NCBI RefSeq assembly: GCF_045037415.1
Contig: NZ_CP173438.1
From: Escherichia coli
Lineage (GTDB): Bacteria; Pseudomonadota; Gammaproteobacteria; Enterobacterales; Enterobacteriaceae
DNA: 64,000 bases
Strand: one strand, 5' to 3'
Of the stretch, positions 15,750 to 28,383 are shown piece by piece (within the stretch, counting starts at the first letter, position 1; each line of letters starts with the position of its first letter). The notes beneath the pieces were generated by a model. The model was given only the letters and a program-made list of their open reading frames with translations. It searched no databases and had not been told where the DNA came from. The position numbers and the translations under genes are program-made.

Positions 15750-17213
15750 TTAAAGCAACACCACGGGCATCCACAGTAAGCCGGTAATCACCAGCAATAC
15801 GAGGAATATCAGCCCAAAAATCGCCCCCAGTCGCCAGTAATCCGCCGTTGGCAGATAACCACTGCCGTAGTAAATCGGACTGGGTCCGGTGGCGTATGGT
15901 GTAAGAATGCTCCCCAGACCAATTGCCGCACCAACCATCAGGCAGAACACCGGCAGCGGGATTTCCGGCATCGCCAGCGCGGCGGCAATCATCATCGGTG
16001 CGAGAGCGGAGGTATACGCTGTGGCGCTGGCAAAAAAGTAGCGCAGCAGATAAAAGACCACAATCAACGCCACCATCACTATCGTTGGCGAATAACCGCT
16101 TAAGCTGCCTGCTAACAGTTTGCCAAACCAGCTAATAAAACCGGTGTTGTTGAGTCCGGTAGCGAGGGTGATAAGCGAGGCCAGCCAGAAGAAAACGTTC
16201 CACGCCGCTTTATTACTGACAATGTCGTCCCAACTGATAATGCGCAGAAGCAGCATCAGCGCCACCACGCTGTAACCGACCATCGCGGCATCGATATAAT
16301 CACCGCCAAAAATCCACAACACCAGTGCGCCTACCATCAGCCCCAGCATCCGTTTTTCACGCGAACAGAGCGGGCCCATTGCCTGCAGTTCCGTCTCTGC
16401 CCAGCGCGGCACCTGATCGCCAGACTTCAGTACCGGCGGGTACAGCACGTAAGCCAGCCAGGGAACCAGCAAAACCAGTAAAATGCTGAGCGGCAACATC
16501 CCGAGGAACCAGTCGCCCCAGCTTAGCATGGCGTGAGATGCGCTTTTCATCAGTCCAATTAACAGCAAATTTGGAGCCATCGCCGTCAGGAAAATGGCGC
16601 TGGTCACGCAGTCGGCAACAATCCCCATCCACATGATGTACGAGCCAATGCTGCGCGAACTGCTGTCGTTTGGTTGTGATTGATAGAGCGGTGGCAGGTT
16701 ACGGATGATGGGATAGATAATCCCCGCACCACGCGCCGAGTTGGACGGTGTTACAGGCGCGAGTATCAGCTCGGAGAACATCACTGCATAGCCGAGAAAC
16801 AGCGTGCGATGCCCCATTTTTTTCACCAGAATCAGCGCGATGCGACGTCCAAGCCCGGTTTTTTCATAGCCCGTACCAAACATAAAGGCGGCGAAAATAA
16901 GCCAGATAACTGAATTAGAAAAACCAGAAACCGCCCAGGAGAGGGATTTGGCGGTGAACTTAAAACCTGGCTGGGCGAGCTGCTCCGGGCTAAACAGCAG
17001 CCACGGCGAAAGAATGGCGATGATGGATATACCCACCATCGCCACCACGGCACCCGGCACGGGTTCGAGGATCAGTCCAACGATCACGCCAGTAAAAACG
17101 GCAAAGTAGAGCCAGGTATGACTCTCCAGCCCTGCGGGAAGCGGAAGTAGAGCAATAATGGCGATGACCGCCAGCGGCGCAAGGTATCGCCACCATTCAG
17201 TGGAAGGTTTCAT
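15750..17213 (-). CDS. ttdT: L-tartrate/succinate antiporter (DASS family)
   Basis: 487-aa polytopic membrane ORF MKPSTEWWRYLAPLAVIAIIALLPLPAGLESHTW..., downstream of ttdAB. Confidence 0.93.
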   Translation of the reverse strand: MKPSTEWWRYLAPLAVIAIIALLPLPAGLESHTWLYFAVFTGVIVGLILEPVPGAVVAMVGISIIAILSPWLLFSPEQLAQPGFKFTAKSLSWAVSGFSNSVIWLIFAAFMFGTGYEKTGLGRRIALILVKKMGHRTLFLGYAVMFSELILAPVTPSNSARGAGIIYPIIRNLPPLYQSQPNDSSSRSIGSYIMWMGIVADCVTSAIFLTAMAPNLLLIGLMKSASHAMLSWGDWFLGMLPLSILLVLLVPWLAYVLYPPVLKSGDQVPRWAETELQAMGPLCSREKRMLGLMVGALVLWIFGGDYIDAAMVGYSVVALMLLLRIISWDDIVSNKAAWNVFFWLASLITLATGLNNTGFISWFGKLLAGSLSGYSPTIVMVALIVVFYLLRYFFASATAYTSALAPMMIAAALAMPEIPLPVFCLMVGAAIGLGSILTPYATGPSPIYYGSGYLPTADYWRLGAIFGLIFLVLLVITGLLWMPVVLL

Positions 17214-17260
17214 CGTGTTATGCCTGCGAAAAAGGAGAGGGGCGAGCCTCTCCGTGAGGG

Positions 17261-17866
17261 TTATTTGATGTAGTGGACGTGCTCGCAGATCTCTTCCACG
17301 ATGGGATCGCGGCGTTCGGCGAACAGCTTTTTATTTTCGGCTATCAGGTTGTTGCCGTGGGTATCTATAGAGACAATCAGCGGGCCAAACTCTTTGACCC
17401 GGCAGACCCACAGCGACTCTGGCATCCCGAGTTCTGTCCAGTGCACTTCTTCAATCTCTTCCACTTGAGTTGCCGCCAGTACCGCACAGCCAGCCGGGAA
17501 AATCACATGCAGCGCCTTGAATTTCTGGCAGCCTTCTTCGGTCAGCGGCCCCATTCCGCCTTTGCCGACCACCAGTTTCACGCCGGTCTGCTCGATAAAT
17601 TCACGTTCAAAACTTTCCATACGCATACTGGTTGTCGGGCCGACGGATACCATCTCCCATTTGTCGCCGTTTTTGCGCACGATGGGGCCAGCGTGGAAAA
17701 TCGCTTTGCCGTTGAGATCGTAAGGGATCGGACGTTTCAGTTCGATCAAGCGACGGTGACAAACGTCACGGCAGGTCACCAGCGTACCGGTCAGGTAGAT
17801 CACATCGCCGACGCGAATATCTTGCAGATCTTCAGCTTTGATCGGGGTTGTCAGGATCTTTTTCAT
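17261..17866 (-). CDS. ttdB: L(+)-tartrate dehydratase beta subunit
   Basis: 201-aa [37 protein letters not shown]...; overlaps the ttdA stop (ATGA coupling). Confidence 0.95.
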
Positions 17867-18774
17867 AACGCGCTCCGGGTGTGAGACAGATTTTCAAAGG
17901 TGAGATCGGCATGAACCAGCAGTGTGCCGCGACGATGCGCCCAGCAGCCGGTAGAAACAGCAACGCCGATGGTTGACGGATGGCGAGCGGCAGATTCGAT
18001 ATGCACGCCCATCACTGAACTGTTGCCAGTCAGCCCTTGTGGACCAATCCCCAAACGGTTGAGTCCTTCTTCCAGGCGTAGCTCCAGCTCTGCCGCTTTC
18101 GGATTGGGGTGGCGGCTGCCAATCGGGCGCAAAATGGCTTTTCGCGAGAGCACTGCGGCGGTTTCCACCGAGGTAGCGATGCCAACGCCCACCAGTACCG
18201 GCGGACAGGCGTTTACGGCGAGGGTGGAGATATTTTCGAAGACGAATTTCACTACGCCTTCGTAGCCTTCTGACGGCATTAACACTTTCGATCGGCCAGG
18301 TAGCGTGCAGCCGCCGCCTGCCATGTAAACTTCGATTTCCGCATCGTCACCGTCGGGGACGATATCCCAGGTGACCCACGGTACGCCGCTGCCGGTATTT
18401 TTGCCGGTGTTTACTTCGTCAAAAATTTCTACCGCATTGTGACGCAGTGGCGCTTTGACGGTTGCCTCTTCCACGGCTTGTTTGAGTATGCTTTGCAGCT
18501 CGCCAAGCAGTGGGAAACGGGAACCGACCTTAACAAAAAACATGATTTCGCCGGTGTCCTGACAGGCAGGACGATTCAGGTCGATCGCTTTTTGCATGTT
18601 ATCGAACATCGTGTGGTAGATGATTTTTCCCATCGACGATGTTTCGGCATCCTTTAGCTGTTTTAGTTTATCCACCACGTCATCAGGCATTCGGGTAGAA
18701 ATCATGGCGGTAAAGTTAGCGACAATCTCCGTCAACTTATTCACTGCCTGTTGCTTATTACTTTCGCTCATCAT
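17863..18774 (-). CDS. ttdA: L(+)-tartrate dehydratase alpha subunit (Fe-S hydro-lyase)
   Basis: 303-aa [36 protein letters not shown]... Confidence 0.95.
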
Positions 18775-18980
18775 GGCAACTCCAGTTTATGTATTTGTCT
18801 GGAAAAATTCACCGCCACAAACTACCACTAAAAATGTGGTTTTATATTTTTTGCCACCGTGAATATGTAATTAACAGTTCGTGAATCAACGCGAAAATAA
18901 GAACGAATATTGCGCCAGAGCAGGGAATGGTAATGTTTTGCGAAATACACTGCGTTTATCAAAACTGCGGATATTTAACA

Positions 18981-19913
18981 ATGCTAAATAGCTGGCCTTT
19001 AGCCAAAGACTTGCAGGTACTGGTGGAAATCGTCCATAGCGGGAGTTTTAGTGCTGCAGCGGCGACGCTTGGGCAAACGCCTGCATTTGTCACCAAGCGG
19101 ATCCAAATCCTTGAAAATACGCTGGCAACAACGCTGCTGAACCGCTCCGCTCGCGGCGTGGCGCTGACTGAAAGTGGCCAACGTTGTTACGAACATGCGC
19201 TGGAAATCCTCACCCAATATCAGCGACTGGTCGATGACGTCACGCAAATCAAAACGCGCCCGGAGGGGATGATCCGCATTGGTTGCAGTTTTGGTTTTGG
19301 GCGCAGCCATATTGCGCCAGCTATTACCGAACTGATGCGCAATTATCCTGAGTTACAGGTGCATTTTGAATTGTTCGATCGACAAATTGATTTAGTGCAG
19401 GATAATATTGATCTGGATATTCGTATTAATGACGCAATTCCTGATTATTATATTGCGCATCTTTTGACAAAAAATAAAAGAATATTATGCGCAGCACCTG
19501 AGTATCTGCAAAAATATCCGCAGCCACAATCCTTACAGGAATTAAGTCGTCATGACTGCCTGGTGACCAAAGAGCGCGATATGACCCACGGAATATGGGA
19601 GTTGGGGAACGGTCAGGAGAAAAAATCGGTGAAGGTAAGCGGACATCTTTCCTCCAATAGCGGCGAGATTGTGTTGCAATGGGCGCTGGAGGGCAAAGGG
19701 ATTATGCTGCGTTCCGAGTGGGATGTGTTGCCGTTTCTGGAGAGTGGCAAACTGGTGCGAGTATTGCCGGAGTATGCACAAAGCGCCAATATCTGGGCTG
19801 TTTACCGGGAGCCGCTCTATCGCAGCATGAAATTACGTGTCTGTGTGGAATTTCTGGCGGCATGGTGCCAGCAACGGCTGGGCAAGCCCGACGAAGGCTA
19901 TCAGGTCATGTAG
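18981..19913 (+). CDS. ttdR: LysR-family activator of ttdABT
   Basis: The track ORF starts at 18927. The remembered 310-aa protein [33 protein letters not shown]... starts at ATG 18981 (933 nt including stop). Confidence 0.9.
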   Translation: MLNSWPLAKDLQVLVEIVHSGSFSAAAATLGQTPAFVTKRIQILENTLATTLLNRSARGVALTESGQRCYEHALEILTQYQRLVDDVTQIKTRPEGMIRIGCSFGFGRSHIAPAITELMRNYPELQVHFELFDRQIDLVQDNIDLDIRINDAIPDYYIAHLLTKNKRILCAAPEYLQKYPQPQSLQELSRHDCLVTKERDMTHGIWELGNGQEKKSVKVSGHLSSNSGEIVLQWALEGKGIMLRSEWDVLPFLESGKLVRVLPEYAQSANIWAVYREPLYRSMKLRVCVEFLAAWCQQRLGKPDEGYQVM

Positions 19914-19925
19914 ATCCACCAGAAA

Positions 19926-20543
19926 TCACTCGGGATCCTTTTCGCGCTTTCTTTTGAATTTCGTCCAGATTTTTGTCTCCTGGCGACGCCACAGACGCTG
20001 GATGTTGTCATGATGACGCAGCAGGATCAGGCAAGAGAGCATCGAAACCGGGAAGGTGAATTGTGGCTTAAACCACCAGACATAAAACGGAGCAATCAGT
20101 GCACTGACAATCGCTCCCAGCGACGAGTAACCACTCAATAGCACGGTCAGTAACCAGGTTCCCGCCATTACTCCAGTGAGATCCCAGCCAATTGGTGCGA
20201 TGGCACCAAAAGCGGTAGCAACGCCTTTTCCTCCTTTAAAACCGAAGAAAACGGGCCAGATGTGTCCAAGACAGGCGGCGATGGCAATTAAGCCTAGCCA
20301 GAAGGGGCTGACACCTAATTCATACGCGCCCCAGACGGGCAACATTCCTTTCAGAACGTCGAAAATCAGTACTGCTACGGCTGCTCCCTTGCCACCGATA
20401 CGTAACACATTGGTTGCGCCTGGATTGCCGGAGCCGCTGGTTCGCGGATCGGGTAACCCACACAAGCGGCAAACCAGAATGGCACTGGAAATGGAGCCGC
20501 AGAGGTACGCGATGAGGATCATTCCAGGCGCGATTGCACTCAT
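19926..20543 (-). CDS. plsY: Glycerol-3-phosphate acyltransferase (acyl-phosphate dependent)
   Basis: 205-aa membrane [51 protein letters not shown]... Confidence 0.96.
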
Positions 20544-20647
20544 AAGCTGTTCCGTTTTGAAAATTCGTGTTCAACGATGAATCTGTGGATAATACGCACA
20601 TTTCGCCGGAAGTGGTATCCGGTTAGCCAAAAAGCAGGCAGGACGTG

Positions 20648-21016
20648 ATGGATATTGTATTTATAGAGCAACTTTCGGTAATCACCACTATTGGTGTTTA
20701 CGACTGGGAACAGACCATCGAACAGAAGTTAGTGTTCGATATCGAAATGGCGTGGGATAACCGTAAAGCGGCGAAAAGTGATGATGTGGCGGATTGCCTC
20801 AGTTACGCTGACATTGCAGAAACGGTGGTCAGCCACGTCGAGGGGGCGCGTTTTGCGCTGGTGGAACGCGTGGCTGAAGAGGTGGCGGAACTGCTGTTAG
20901 CACGCTTCAACTCGCCGTGGGTGCGTATCAAACTCAGCAAGCCAGGCGCAGTGGCGCGGGCGGCGAATGTTGGCGTAATCATTGAGCGTGGCAATAATCT
21001 GAAAGAAAATAATTAA
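20648..21016 (+). CDS. folB: Dihydroneopterin aldolase
   Basis: The track starts at GTG 20645. ATG 20648 gives the 122-aa MDIVFIEQLSVITTIGVYDWEQTIEQKL... Confidence 0.95.
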   Translation: MDIVFIEQLSVITTIGVYDWEQTIEQKLVFDIEMAWDNRKAAKSDDVADCLSYADIAETVVSHVEGARFALVERVAEEVAELLLARFNSPWVRIKLSKPGAVARAANVGVIIERGNNLKENN

Positions 21017-21106
21017 TTTTACAGCTGTTAAACCAAACGATTATAACCTGGTCATACTGCAGTAGTTCGGACAAGCGTTACATTTTTATAATTTAGGGGT
21101 TTATTG

Positions 21107-21928
21107 ATGAGCGATATGCACTCGCTGCTGATAGCGGCAATATTGGGTGTGGTCGAAGGATTGACAGAATTTCTGCCGGTATCCAGCACGGGCCATATGA
21201 TTATTGTCGGTCACTTGTTGGGGTTTGAGGGCGACACGGCGAAAACCTTTGAAGTCGTGATCCAGTTAGGATCAATTCTGGCGGTAGTAGTGATGTTCTG
21301 GCGGCGTCTGTTTGGCCTGATTGGCATCCACTTTGGCCGCCCGTTGCAGCACGAAGGAGAAAACAAAGGTCGTTTAACGCTGATCCACATTTTGCTGGGG
21401 ATGATTCCGGCGGTGGTACTGGGGCTGTTGTTCCACGACACGATTAAATCATTGTTTAACCCGATAAATGTCATGTATGCACTGGTCGTTGGCGGTCTGT
21501 TGCTGATTGCTGCCGAATGCCTGAAGCCGAAAGAGCCGCGTGCGCCGGGTCTTGATGATATGACCTATCGTCAGGCGTTTATGATTGGCTGTTTCCAGTG
21601 TCTGGCGCTGTGGCCGGGTTTCTCCCGTTCCGGGGCGACCATTTCAGGTGGGATGCTGATGGGGGTGAGCCGTTACGCTGCTTCCGAGTTCTCGTTCCTG
21701 CTGGCGGTGCCGATGATGATGGGCGCAACGGCGCTCGATCTCTACAAAAGCTGGGGCTTCCTGACTACCGGCGATATCCCGATGTTTGCCGTTGGGTTTA
21801 TCACCGCTTTTGTGGTGGCGCTGATAGCGATTAAAACCTTCCTGCAATTGATTAAGCGCATTTCGTTTATCCCGTTCGCCATTTATCGCTTTATTGTGGC
21901 GGCTGCGGTGTACGTCGTGTTCTTTTGA
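21107..21928 (+). CDS. uppP: Undecaprenyl-diphosphate phosphatase
   Basis: The track starts at TTG 21104. ATG 21107 gives the 273-aa [31 protein letters not shown]... (BacA family). Confidence 0.96.
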   Translation: MSDMHSLLIAAILGVVEGLTEFLPVSSTGHMIIVGHLLGFEGDTAKTFEVVIQLGSILAVVVMFWRRLFGLIGIHFGRPLQHEGENKGRLTLIHILLGMIPAVVLGLLFHDTIKSLFNPINVMYALVVGGLLLIAAECLKPKEPRAPGLDDMTYRQAFMIGCFQCLALWPGFSRSGATISGGMLMGVSRYAASEFSFLLAVPMMMGATALDLYKSWGFLTTGDIPMFAVGFITAFVVALIAIKTFLQLIKRISFIPFAIYRFIVAAAVYVVFF

Positions 21929-21940
21929 TTGAGAGATAGT

Positions 21941-21975
21941 GTCGGATATGACGCTTGTGCGTCTTATCCGACCTA
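21941..21975. repeat. REP element
   Basis: GTCGGATATGACGCTTGTGCGTCTTATCCGACCTA between convergent uppP and cca. Confidence 0.7.
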
Positions 21976-22007
21976 AGGGATTTCTGCAATATACTGAATT
22001 TAAAAAG

Positions 22008-23246
22008 TTAATCAGGCTTTGGGCAACGTTGTTCCTTCCAGCTGGCTACCGCCGCAATCCGCCGTCGGGTCAGCTCCTCACGAATCTCCACACCTTTAAA
22101 TCCTGCTTCAACGACGGCTTTTGTCGGCACTGACTGCGCCACTTCCCAGGCTTCGCGCAACCAGCGGCCTTGCGGGTAGTCCGCTGATTCAAAACCGGTT
22201 CTGCCGCGCACGTCAGCCTCGCTGGTCAGCGCCAGTTGCTCGACACGCTGCGGTTTACGCCAGGCGTCAATGGAATCAAACAATTTAACAATGGTTTTCG
22301 GGTTCAGCATTGGAAAGGTGTGGATGAGATCGTGAAACTCAGCTACCAGTCTGGCTAAATCGCGAATTTCATTTGGCACGCGCAGACGCTGGCATAGTTG
22401 TTCCACTAACTTCACACCCGCCGGGCCATGACCATGATGACGTGGCCAAAGTTCTGGCGGCGTCAGTCCTTTACCGAGATCGTGGCATAACGTTGCGAAA
22501 CGAACATCGACCTGCGGACTCAGCATCGCCGCCATTGAGAGCGTCATTAAGGTATGAATACCCGTGTCGATTTCCGGGTGCCACCTGGCAGGGGCCGGAA
22601 CGCCAAACAGGGAGTCAATTTCCGGGAATAAAACGCGCAGTGCGCCGCAATCGCGCAGTACCTGGAAGAACACCTGGGGATTGCGGGTGGTGAGGGCGCT
22701 TTCCGTCTCTTTCCATACCCGTTCAGGCGTCAGGTGTTCCAGTTCACCCGCATGGGTCATCTCGCGCATCAGCGCCAGAGTTTCATCGGCAATACGGAAA
22801 CTGAGGTGGGCATAACGCGCAGCAAAACGCGCTACGCGCAACACGCGTAACGGATCTTCGCCAAAAGCGGGGGAAACATGGCGCAACAGACGATTTTGCA
22901 GATCGCCCAGACCGTTGTACGGGTCGATAATCTCGCCGTTATCGTCCTGGGCCAGCGCATTAATGGTCAGATCGCGACGCTTAAGATCATCTTCCAGCGA
23001 GACATCCGGTGCGGCATAGCAGGTAAAACCGGTGTAACCGGAACCAGATTTCCGTTCGGTACGTGCCAGTGCATACTCTTCATGCGTTTGCGGATGCAGA
23101 AACACAGGAAAATCGCGGCCTACCTGCTGGTAGCCCGCGTCGAGCATCTCCTGTGGCGTACTGCCGACCACCACCCAATCTCTGTCTTTGACCGGTAGCC
23201 CTAACAATGCATCCCGAACAGCACCACCGACCAGATAAATCTTCAC
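22008..23246 (-). CDS. cca: tRNA CCA-adding nucleotidyltransferase / phosphohydrolase
   Basis: 412-aa [38 protein letters not shown]... with an HD domain. Confidence 0.98.
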   Translation of the reverse strand: MKIYLVGGAVRDALLGLPVKDRDWVVVGSTPQEMLDAGYQQVGRDFPVFLHPQTHEEYALARTERKSGSGYTGFTCYAAPDVSLEDDLKRRDLTINALAQDDNGEIIDPYNGLGDLQNRLLRHVSPAFGEDPLRVLRVARFAARYAHLSFRIADETLALMREMTHAGELEHLTPERVWKETESALTTRNPQVFFQVLRDCGALRVLFPEIDSLFGVPAPARWHPEIDTGIHTLMTLSMAAMLSPQVDVRFATLCHDLGKGLTPPELWPRHHGHGPAGVKLVEQLCQRLRVPNEIRDLARLVAEFHDLIHTFPMLNPKTIVKLFDSIDAWRKPQRVEQLALTSEADVRGRTGFESADYPQGRWLREAWEVAQSVPTKAVVEAGFKGVEIREELTRRRIAAVASWKEQRCPKPD

Positions 23247-23309
23247 GCCATCATCCCTTCGTCAAATACACAATTCCTAATAATAAGACAGTGCAACGAA
23301 GAAGGCGAT

Positions 23310-23930
23310 TTAGTTCATCCAGCGATCTTTGCGTTTGCGGCTTGGGATCAGGTGCGGCAGTACCAGACCAAGCAGCAAGCCAAGCCCCAGCACGCCACCG
23401 CCATACATAAACCACTGCATGATGATGGTGCGCTGTTTGTCATCCAACTGTACGCTGGCGGCATCGACCTTTTTCTGCGCGACAATCAGCTCGTTTTTCA
23501 GTTTCTGATTTTCTTCTTTTAACCTGTTGATCACGCTGTCACTCTGCGCCACTTTTTGCTGCATTTCTGCGGTGCGCTGATTCCAGGTGTTATCGATATT
23601 GGTGAGTTTATCGGTCAGAGTTTTGACCTGATTTTCCAGATCTGGCACACGGGAGCGCAGGCTTGGTTCAGTGCTAAGTTGTTTCAACGGGATCCAGGCA
23701 GTACGGCCAGAGCTGTCTTTCACCTGGGCATAATTGGTGTTGGCGTCAGTTTGTAATAAGGTCACTTCCTCGCCGGCGTTAACCGTGCCCACGAGGCGAT
23801 AATGATCTCCCGGACCGCTACGGACCCAGGTATTCAGTTCGTCGGAAACATAGCGCGTTTCTTCAGCGTGTGAGACGGCAGTCGCGCTAAGTGCGAGTAA
23901 AGTTAATCCGATCAGGCGTAATTTTGGCAT
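23310..23930 (-). CDS. ygiM: SH3-domain, C-terminally membrane-anchored protein
   Basis: 206-aa ORF with signal peptide MPKLRLIGLTLLALSATAVSHA, a coiled coil and a C-terminal TM segment. Confidence 0.9.
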   Translation of the reverse strand: MPKLRLIGLTLLALSATAVSHAEETRYVSDELNTWVRSGPGDHYRLVGTVNAGEEVTLLQTDANTNYAQVKDSSGRTAWIPLKQLSTEPSLRSRVPDLENQVKTLTDKLTNIDNTWNQRTAEMQQKVAQSDSVINRLKEENQKLKNELIVAQKKVDAASVQLDDKQRTIIMQWFMYGGGVLGLGLLLGLVLPHLIPSRKRKDRWMN

Positions 23931-24171
23931 CAGGCTGTCGTTATTGTCATGGAAAGTGGAACGATAGTAGTGGCATCAGTGTCGCTACGCAAAGCATTCG
24001 ACATCAATCGGAATCCTCTGTGTCAGGTCTTGCCACTGCTTCAAACTTTTACGCCCGTCAAATTGCCCGTTGCATGGCAATTTGGCGCAAAATACTATCT
24101 ACTGACAAAAAAGATCGCATTAAGTTCGCCGTTCATCGTCACTTATGTGACATAACCAGTAAGTAAAGGCC

Positions 24172-25473
24172 ATGGCTCAGGAAATCGAATTAAAGTTTAT
24201 TGTTAATCACAGTGCCGTTGAGGCGCTGCGTGACCATCTCAATACGCTGGGCGGCGAGCACCATGACCCCGTGCAGTTGCTGAATATTTACTACGAAACG
24301 CCGGATAATTGGCTGCGTGGGCACGACATGGGCTTGCGTATTCGTGGCGAAAACGGTCGCTATGAGATGACCATGAAAGTTGCAGGAAGAGTGACAGGCG
24401 GCTTACACCAGCGCCCGGAATATAACGTGGCGTTGAGCGAACCGACGCTCGACCTGGCGCAGTTACCGACGGAAGTCTGGCCGAACGGCGAATTGCCTAC
24501 CGATCTCGCTTCCCGCGTGCAGCCGCTGTTTAGCACCGATTTTTATCGCGAAAAATGGCTAGTAGAGGTCGATGGCAGCCGAATTGAAATCGCTCTCGAT
24601 CAGGGTGAGGTGAAAGCGGGTGAATTTGCTGAACCTATCTGTGAGCTGGAACTGGAACTGCTTAGCGGCGACATGCGTGCGGTGCTGAAACTGGCGAACC
24701 AACTGGTATCGCAAACCGGATTACGCCAGGGCAGCCTGAGCAAAGCAGCGCGTGGCTATCATCTGGCGCAGGGCAATCCGGCGCGTGAAATCAAACCGAC
24801 CACCATTTTGCATGTTGCGGCAAAAGCTGATGTGGAACAGGGGCTGGAAGCGGCGCTCGAGCTGGCGTTAGCGCAATGGCAGTATCATGAAGAACTGTGG
24901 GTACGCGGCAACGATGCGGCGAAAGAGCAGGTGCTGGCAGCCATTGGCCTGGTTCGTCATACACTGATGCTGTTCGGTGGCATTGTGCCGCGTAAAGCGA
25001 GCACTCACTTACGTGATCTGCTGACTCAATGCGAGGCGACCATTGCTTCTGCGGTTTCTGCCGTAACGGCGGTCTACTCTACCGAAACGGCAATGGCGAA
25101 GCTGGCGTTGACCGAATGGCTGGTAAGCAAAGCCTGGCAGCCGTTTTTAGATGCCAAAGCGCAGAGTAAAATGAGCGATTCCTTCAAACGCTTTGCCGAT
25201 ATCCATCTTTCCCGCCATGCCGCTGAACTGAAAAGCGTTTTCTGCCAGCCGTTAGGCGATCGCTACCGTGACCAATTGCCACGCCTGACGCGTGATATTG
25301 ACTCAATACTGTTGCTGGCGGGTTACTACGATCCTGTCGTCGCGCAAGACTGGCTGGAGAACTGGCAGGGGCTGCGTCACGCTATTGCGACCGGGCAACG
25401 CATTGAAATTGAACATTTCCGTAATGAGGCAAACAATCAGGAACCGTTCTGGTTGCACAGCGGAAAACGTTAA
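24172..25473 (+). CDS. ygiF: Inorganic triphosphatase (CYTH + CHAD domains)
   Basis: 433-aa [36 protein letters not shown]... (EXEXK motif). Confidence 0.93.
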   Translation: MAQEIELKFIVNHSAVEALRDHLNTLGGEHHDPVQLLNIYYETPDNWLRGHDMGLRIRGENGRYEMTMKVAGRVTGGLHQRPEYNVALSEPTLDLAQLPTEVWPNGELPTDLASRVQPLFSTDFYREKWLVEVDGSRIEIALDQGEVKAGEFAEPICELELELLSGDMRAVLKLANQLVSQTGLRQGSLSKAARGYHLAQGNPAREIKPTTILHVAAKADVEQGLEAALELALAQWQYHEELWVRGNDAAKEQVLAAIGLVRHTLMLFGGIVPRKASTHLRDLLTQCEATIASAVSAVTAVYSTETAMAKLALTEWLVSKAWQPFLDAKAQSKMSDSFKRFADIHLSRHAAELKSVFCQPLGDRYRDQLPRLTRDIDSILLLAGYYDPVVAQDWLENWQGLRHAIATGQRIEIEHFRNEANNQEPFWLHSGKR

Positions 25474-25495
25474 TCAGGCAAGGATAAAATCGCTT

Positions 25496-28336
25496 ATGAA
25501 GCCGCTCTCTTCACCGTTACAGCAGTACTGGCAGACCGTTGTTGAGCGGCTGCCAGAGCCTTTAGCCGAGGAATCACTTAGCGCACAGGCGAAGTCAGTA
25601 CTTACTTTCAGTGATTTTGTGCAGGACAGCGTGATTGCGCATCCAGAGTGGCTGACGGAACTGGAAAGCCAACCGCCGCAGGCCGACGAATGGCAGCATT
25701 ACGCTGCATGGTTGCAGGAGGCGCTCAGTAATGTGAGTGACGAGGCTGGGTTAATGCGCGAGCTGCGGCTATTCCGGCGGCGCATTATGGTGCGCATCGC
25801 CTGGGCGCAAACGCTGGCACTGGTTACTGAAGAGAGCATATTGCAGCAGCTCAGCCATCTGGCGGAGACGCTGATTGTTGCGGCGCGTGACTGGCTGTAT
25901 GACGCCTGCTGCCGCGAATGGGGAACGCCGTGCAATGCGCAGGGCGAAGCGCAACCGCTGCTGATTTTAGGCATGGGTAAGCTGGGCGGCGGGGAATTGA
26001 ATTTCTCCTCAGATATCGATCTGATTTTTGCCTGGCCGGAACATGGTTGTACCCAGGGCGGACGCCGGGAACTGGATAACGCGCAGTTTTTTACCCGCAT
26101 GGGGCAGCGGCTGATTAAAGTACTGGATCAACCAACGCAGGATGGCTTCGTCTATCGCGTGGATATGCGGCTGCGTCCGTTTGGGGAAAGTGGCCCGCTG
26201 GTGCTGAGCTTTGCGGCGCTGGAAGATTATTACCAGGAGCAGGGGCGCGACTGGGAGCGTTACGCGATGGTCAAGGCGCGGATTATGGGGGATAGCGACG
26301 GCGTCTATGCTAACGAGTTGCGTGCGTTGCTGCGCCCGTTTGTTTTCCGTCGTTACATCGATTTCAGCGTGATTCAGTCGCTGCGCAACATGAAAGGAAT
26401 GATTGCCCGTGAAGTGCGTCGACGCGGTTTGACCGACAACATCAAACTTGGCGCAGGCGGCATTCGCGAAATTGAATTTATCGTCCAGGTGTTCCAGCTC
26501 ATTCGCGGCGGGCGCGAACCGTCGCTGCAATCGCGCTCTTTACTGCCAACGCTCAGCGCCATTGCCGCGCTGCATCTGCTTTCTGAAAACGATGCTGAAC
26601 AATTGCGAGTGGCGTATCTGTTCCTGCGGCGTCTGGAAAACCTGCTGCAAAGCATTAACGACGAACAAACCCAGACGCTTCCTTCTGATGAGCTTAACCG
26701 TGCGCGGCTGGCGTGGGCGATGGACTTTGCTGACTGGCCGCAATTGACCGGGGTGCTGACCGCACATATGGCCAATGTGCGCCGGGTGTTTAATGAATTG
26801 ATTGGCGACGACGAAAGTGAAACTCAGGAAGAGTCGCTGTCGGAACAGTGGCGTGAGCTGTGGCAGGATGCGTTGCAGGAAGATGACACCACGCCAGTGC
26901 TGGCGCATCTTAGCGAGGATGATCGCAAACAGGTGCTAATGCTGATTGCTGATTTCCGCAAAGAGCTGGATAAGCGCACCATCGGGCCGCGAGGACGTCA
27001 GGTGCTCGACCATCTGATGCCACATCTGCTAAGTGATGTCTGTGCGCGTGAAGACGCTGCTGTCACGCTGTCGCGCATTACCGCCTTGCTGGTGGGGATT
27101 GTTACTCGCACCACTTATCTTGAGCTGCTTAGTGAATTCCCTGCGGCGCTTAAGCATTTGATTTCTCTGTGTGCTGCATCGCCGATGATTGCCAGCCAGC
27201 TAGCGCGTTATCCATTATTGCTGGATGAATTGCTCGATCCAAATACCCTCTACCAACCAACGGCGACGGATGCCTACCGTGATGAACTGCGCCAGTATTT
27301 GCTGCGCGTGCCGGAAGATGACGAAGAACAACAGCTTGAGGCGCTGCGTCAGTTCAAACAGGCGCAGCTGTTACGCATTGCGGCAGCGGATATCGCCGGT
27401 ACGCTACCGGTAATGAAAGTGAGCGATCACTTAACCTGGCTGGCAGAAGCCATGATTGATGCCGTCGTTCAGCAGGCGTGGGTTCAAATGGTTGCCCGCT
27501 ACGGTAAGCCAAATCACCTGAACGAACGCGAAGGGCGTGGTTTTGCGGTGGTCGGCTACGGCAAGCTGGGTGGCTGGGAGTTAGGCTACAGTTCCGATCT
27601 TGACCTGATCTTCCTCCATGATTGCCCAATGGATGCGATGACTGACGGCGAGCGGGAAATCGACGGGCGACAGTTTTATCTGCGTCTGGCGCAACGCATT
27701 ATGCATCTGTTCAGTACGCGAACCTCTTCCGGCATTTTGTATGAAGTGGATGCACGACTGCGTCCGTCCGGGGCGGCGGGAATGCTGGTGACATCCGCAG
27801 AAGCATTTGCTGATTATCAGAAAAACGAGGCCTGGACGTGGGAGCATCAGGCGCTGGTGCGTGCGCGTGTAGTGTACGGCGATCCGCAGCTCACCGCGCA
27901 CTTTGACGCAGTACGCCGGGAGATTATGACGCTGCCGCGCGAAGGCAAAACCCTGCAAACAGAAGTGCGGGAAATGCGCGAGAAAATGCGTGCCCATCTC
28001 GGCAATAAACATCGCGATCGCTTTGATATCAAAGCCGATGAAGGCGGAATTACCGATATCGAATTTATTACTCAATATCTGGTGTTGCGCTACGCTCACG
28101 AAAAACCGAAGTTAACGCGCTGGTCAGACAACGTGCGCATTCTGGAACTACTGGCGCAAAACGACATTATGGAAGAGCAGGAAGCGATGGCGCTGACCCG
28201 TGCTTACACGACGCTGCGCGATGAACTTCATCATCTGGCATTACAGGAATTGCCGGGCCATGTGTCGGAGGATTGCTTCACCGCAGAGCGTGAACTGGTG
28301 CGGGCAAGCTGGCAGAAGTGGCTGGTGGAAGAATGA
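25496..28336 (+). CDS. glnE: Glutamine synthetase adenylyltransferase / adenylyl-removing enzyme
   Basis: The track ORF (1014 aa) starts inside ygiF. The remembered 946-aa protein [23 protein letters not shown]... starts at ATG 25496. Confidence 0.97.
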   Translation: MKPLSSPLQQYWQTVVERLPEPLAEESLSAQAKSVLTFSDFVQDSVIAHPEWLTELESQPPQADEWQHYAAWLQEALSNVSDEAGLMRELRLFRRRIMVRIAWAQTLALVTEESILQQLSHLAETLIVAARDWLYDACCREWGTPCNAQGEAQPLLILGMGKLGGGELNFSSDIDLIFAWPEHGCTQGGRRELDNAQFFTRMGQRLIKVLDQPTQDGFVYRVDMRLRPFGESGPLVLSFAALEDYYQEQGRDWERYAMVKARIMGDSDGVYANELRALLRPFVFRRYIDFSVIQSLRNMKGMIAREVRRRGLTDNIKLGAGGIREIEFIVQVFQLIRGGREPSLQSRSLLPTLSAIAALHLLSENDAEQLRVAYLFLRRLENLLQSINDEQTQTLPSDELNRARLAWAMDFADWPQLTGVLTAHMANVRRVFNELIGDDESETQEESLSEQWRELWQDALQEDDTTPVLAHLSEDDRKQVLMLIADFRKELDKRTIGPRGRQVLDHLMPHLLSDVCAREDAAVTLSRITALLVGIVTRTTYLELLSEFPAALKHLISLCAASPMIASQLARYPLLLDELLDPNTLYQPTATDAYRDELRQYLLRVPEDDEEQQLEALRQFKQAQLLRIAAADIAGTLPVMKVSDHLTWLAEAMIDAVVQQAWVQMVARYGKPNHLNEREGRGFAVVGYGKLGGWELGYSSDLDLIFLHDCPMDAMTDGEREIDGRQFYLRLAQRIMHLFSTRTSSGILYEVDARLRPSGAAGMLVTSAEAFADYQKNEAWTWEHQALVRARVVYGDPQLTAHFDAVRREIMTLPREGKTLQTEVREMREKMRAHLGNKHRDRFDIKADEGGITDIEFITQYLVLRYAHEKPKLTRWSDNVRILELLAQNDIMEEQEAMALTRAYTTLRDELHHLALQELPGHVSEDCFTAERELVRASWQKWLVEE

Positions 28337-28383
28337 AGTATGGTATTATCGCGCGCAAATTTTGAATCTCTCAGGAGACAGGA

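Noticed and set aside
25292-25495. 68-codon N-terminal extension of glnE overlapping ygiF
   Set aside because: It overlaps the ygiF 3-prime end in another frame. ATG 25496 gives the canonical [12 protein letters not shown] start 22 nt after the ygiF stop.
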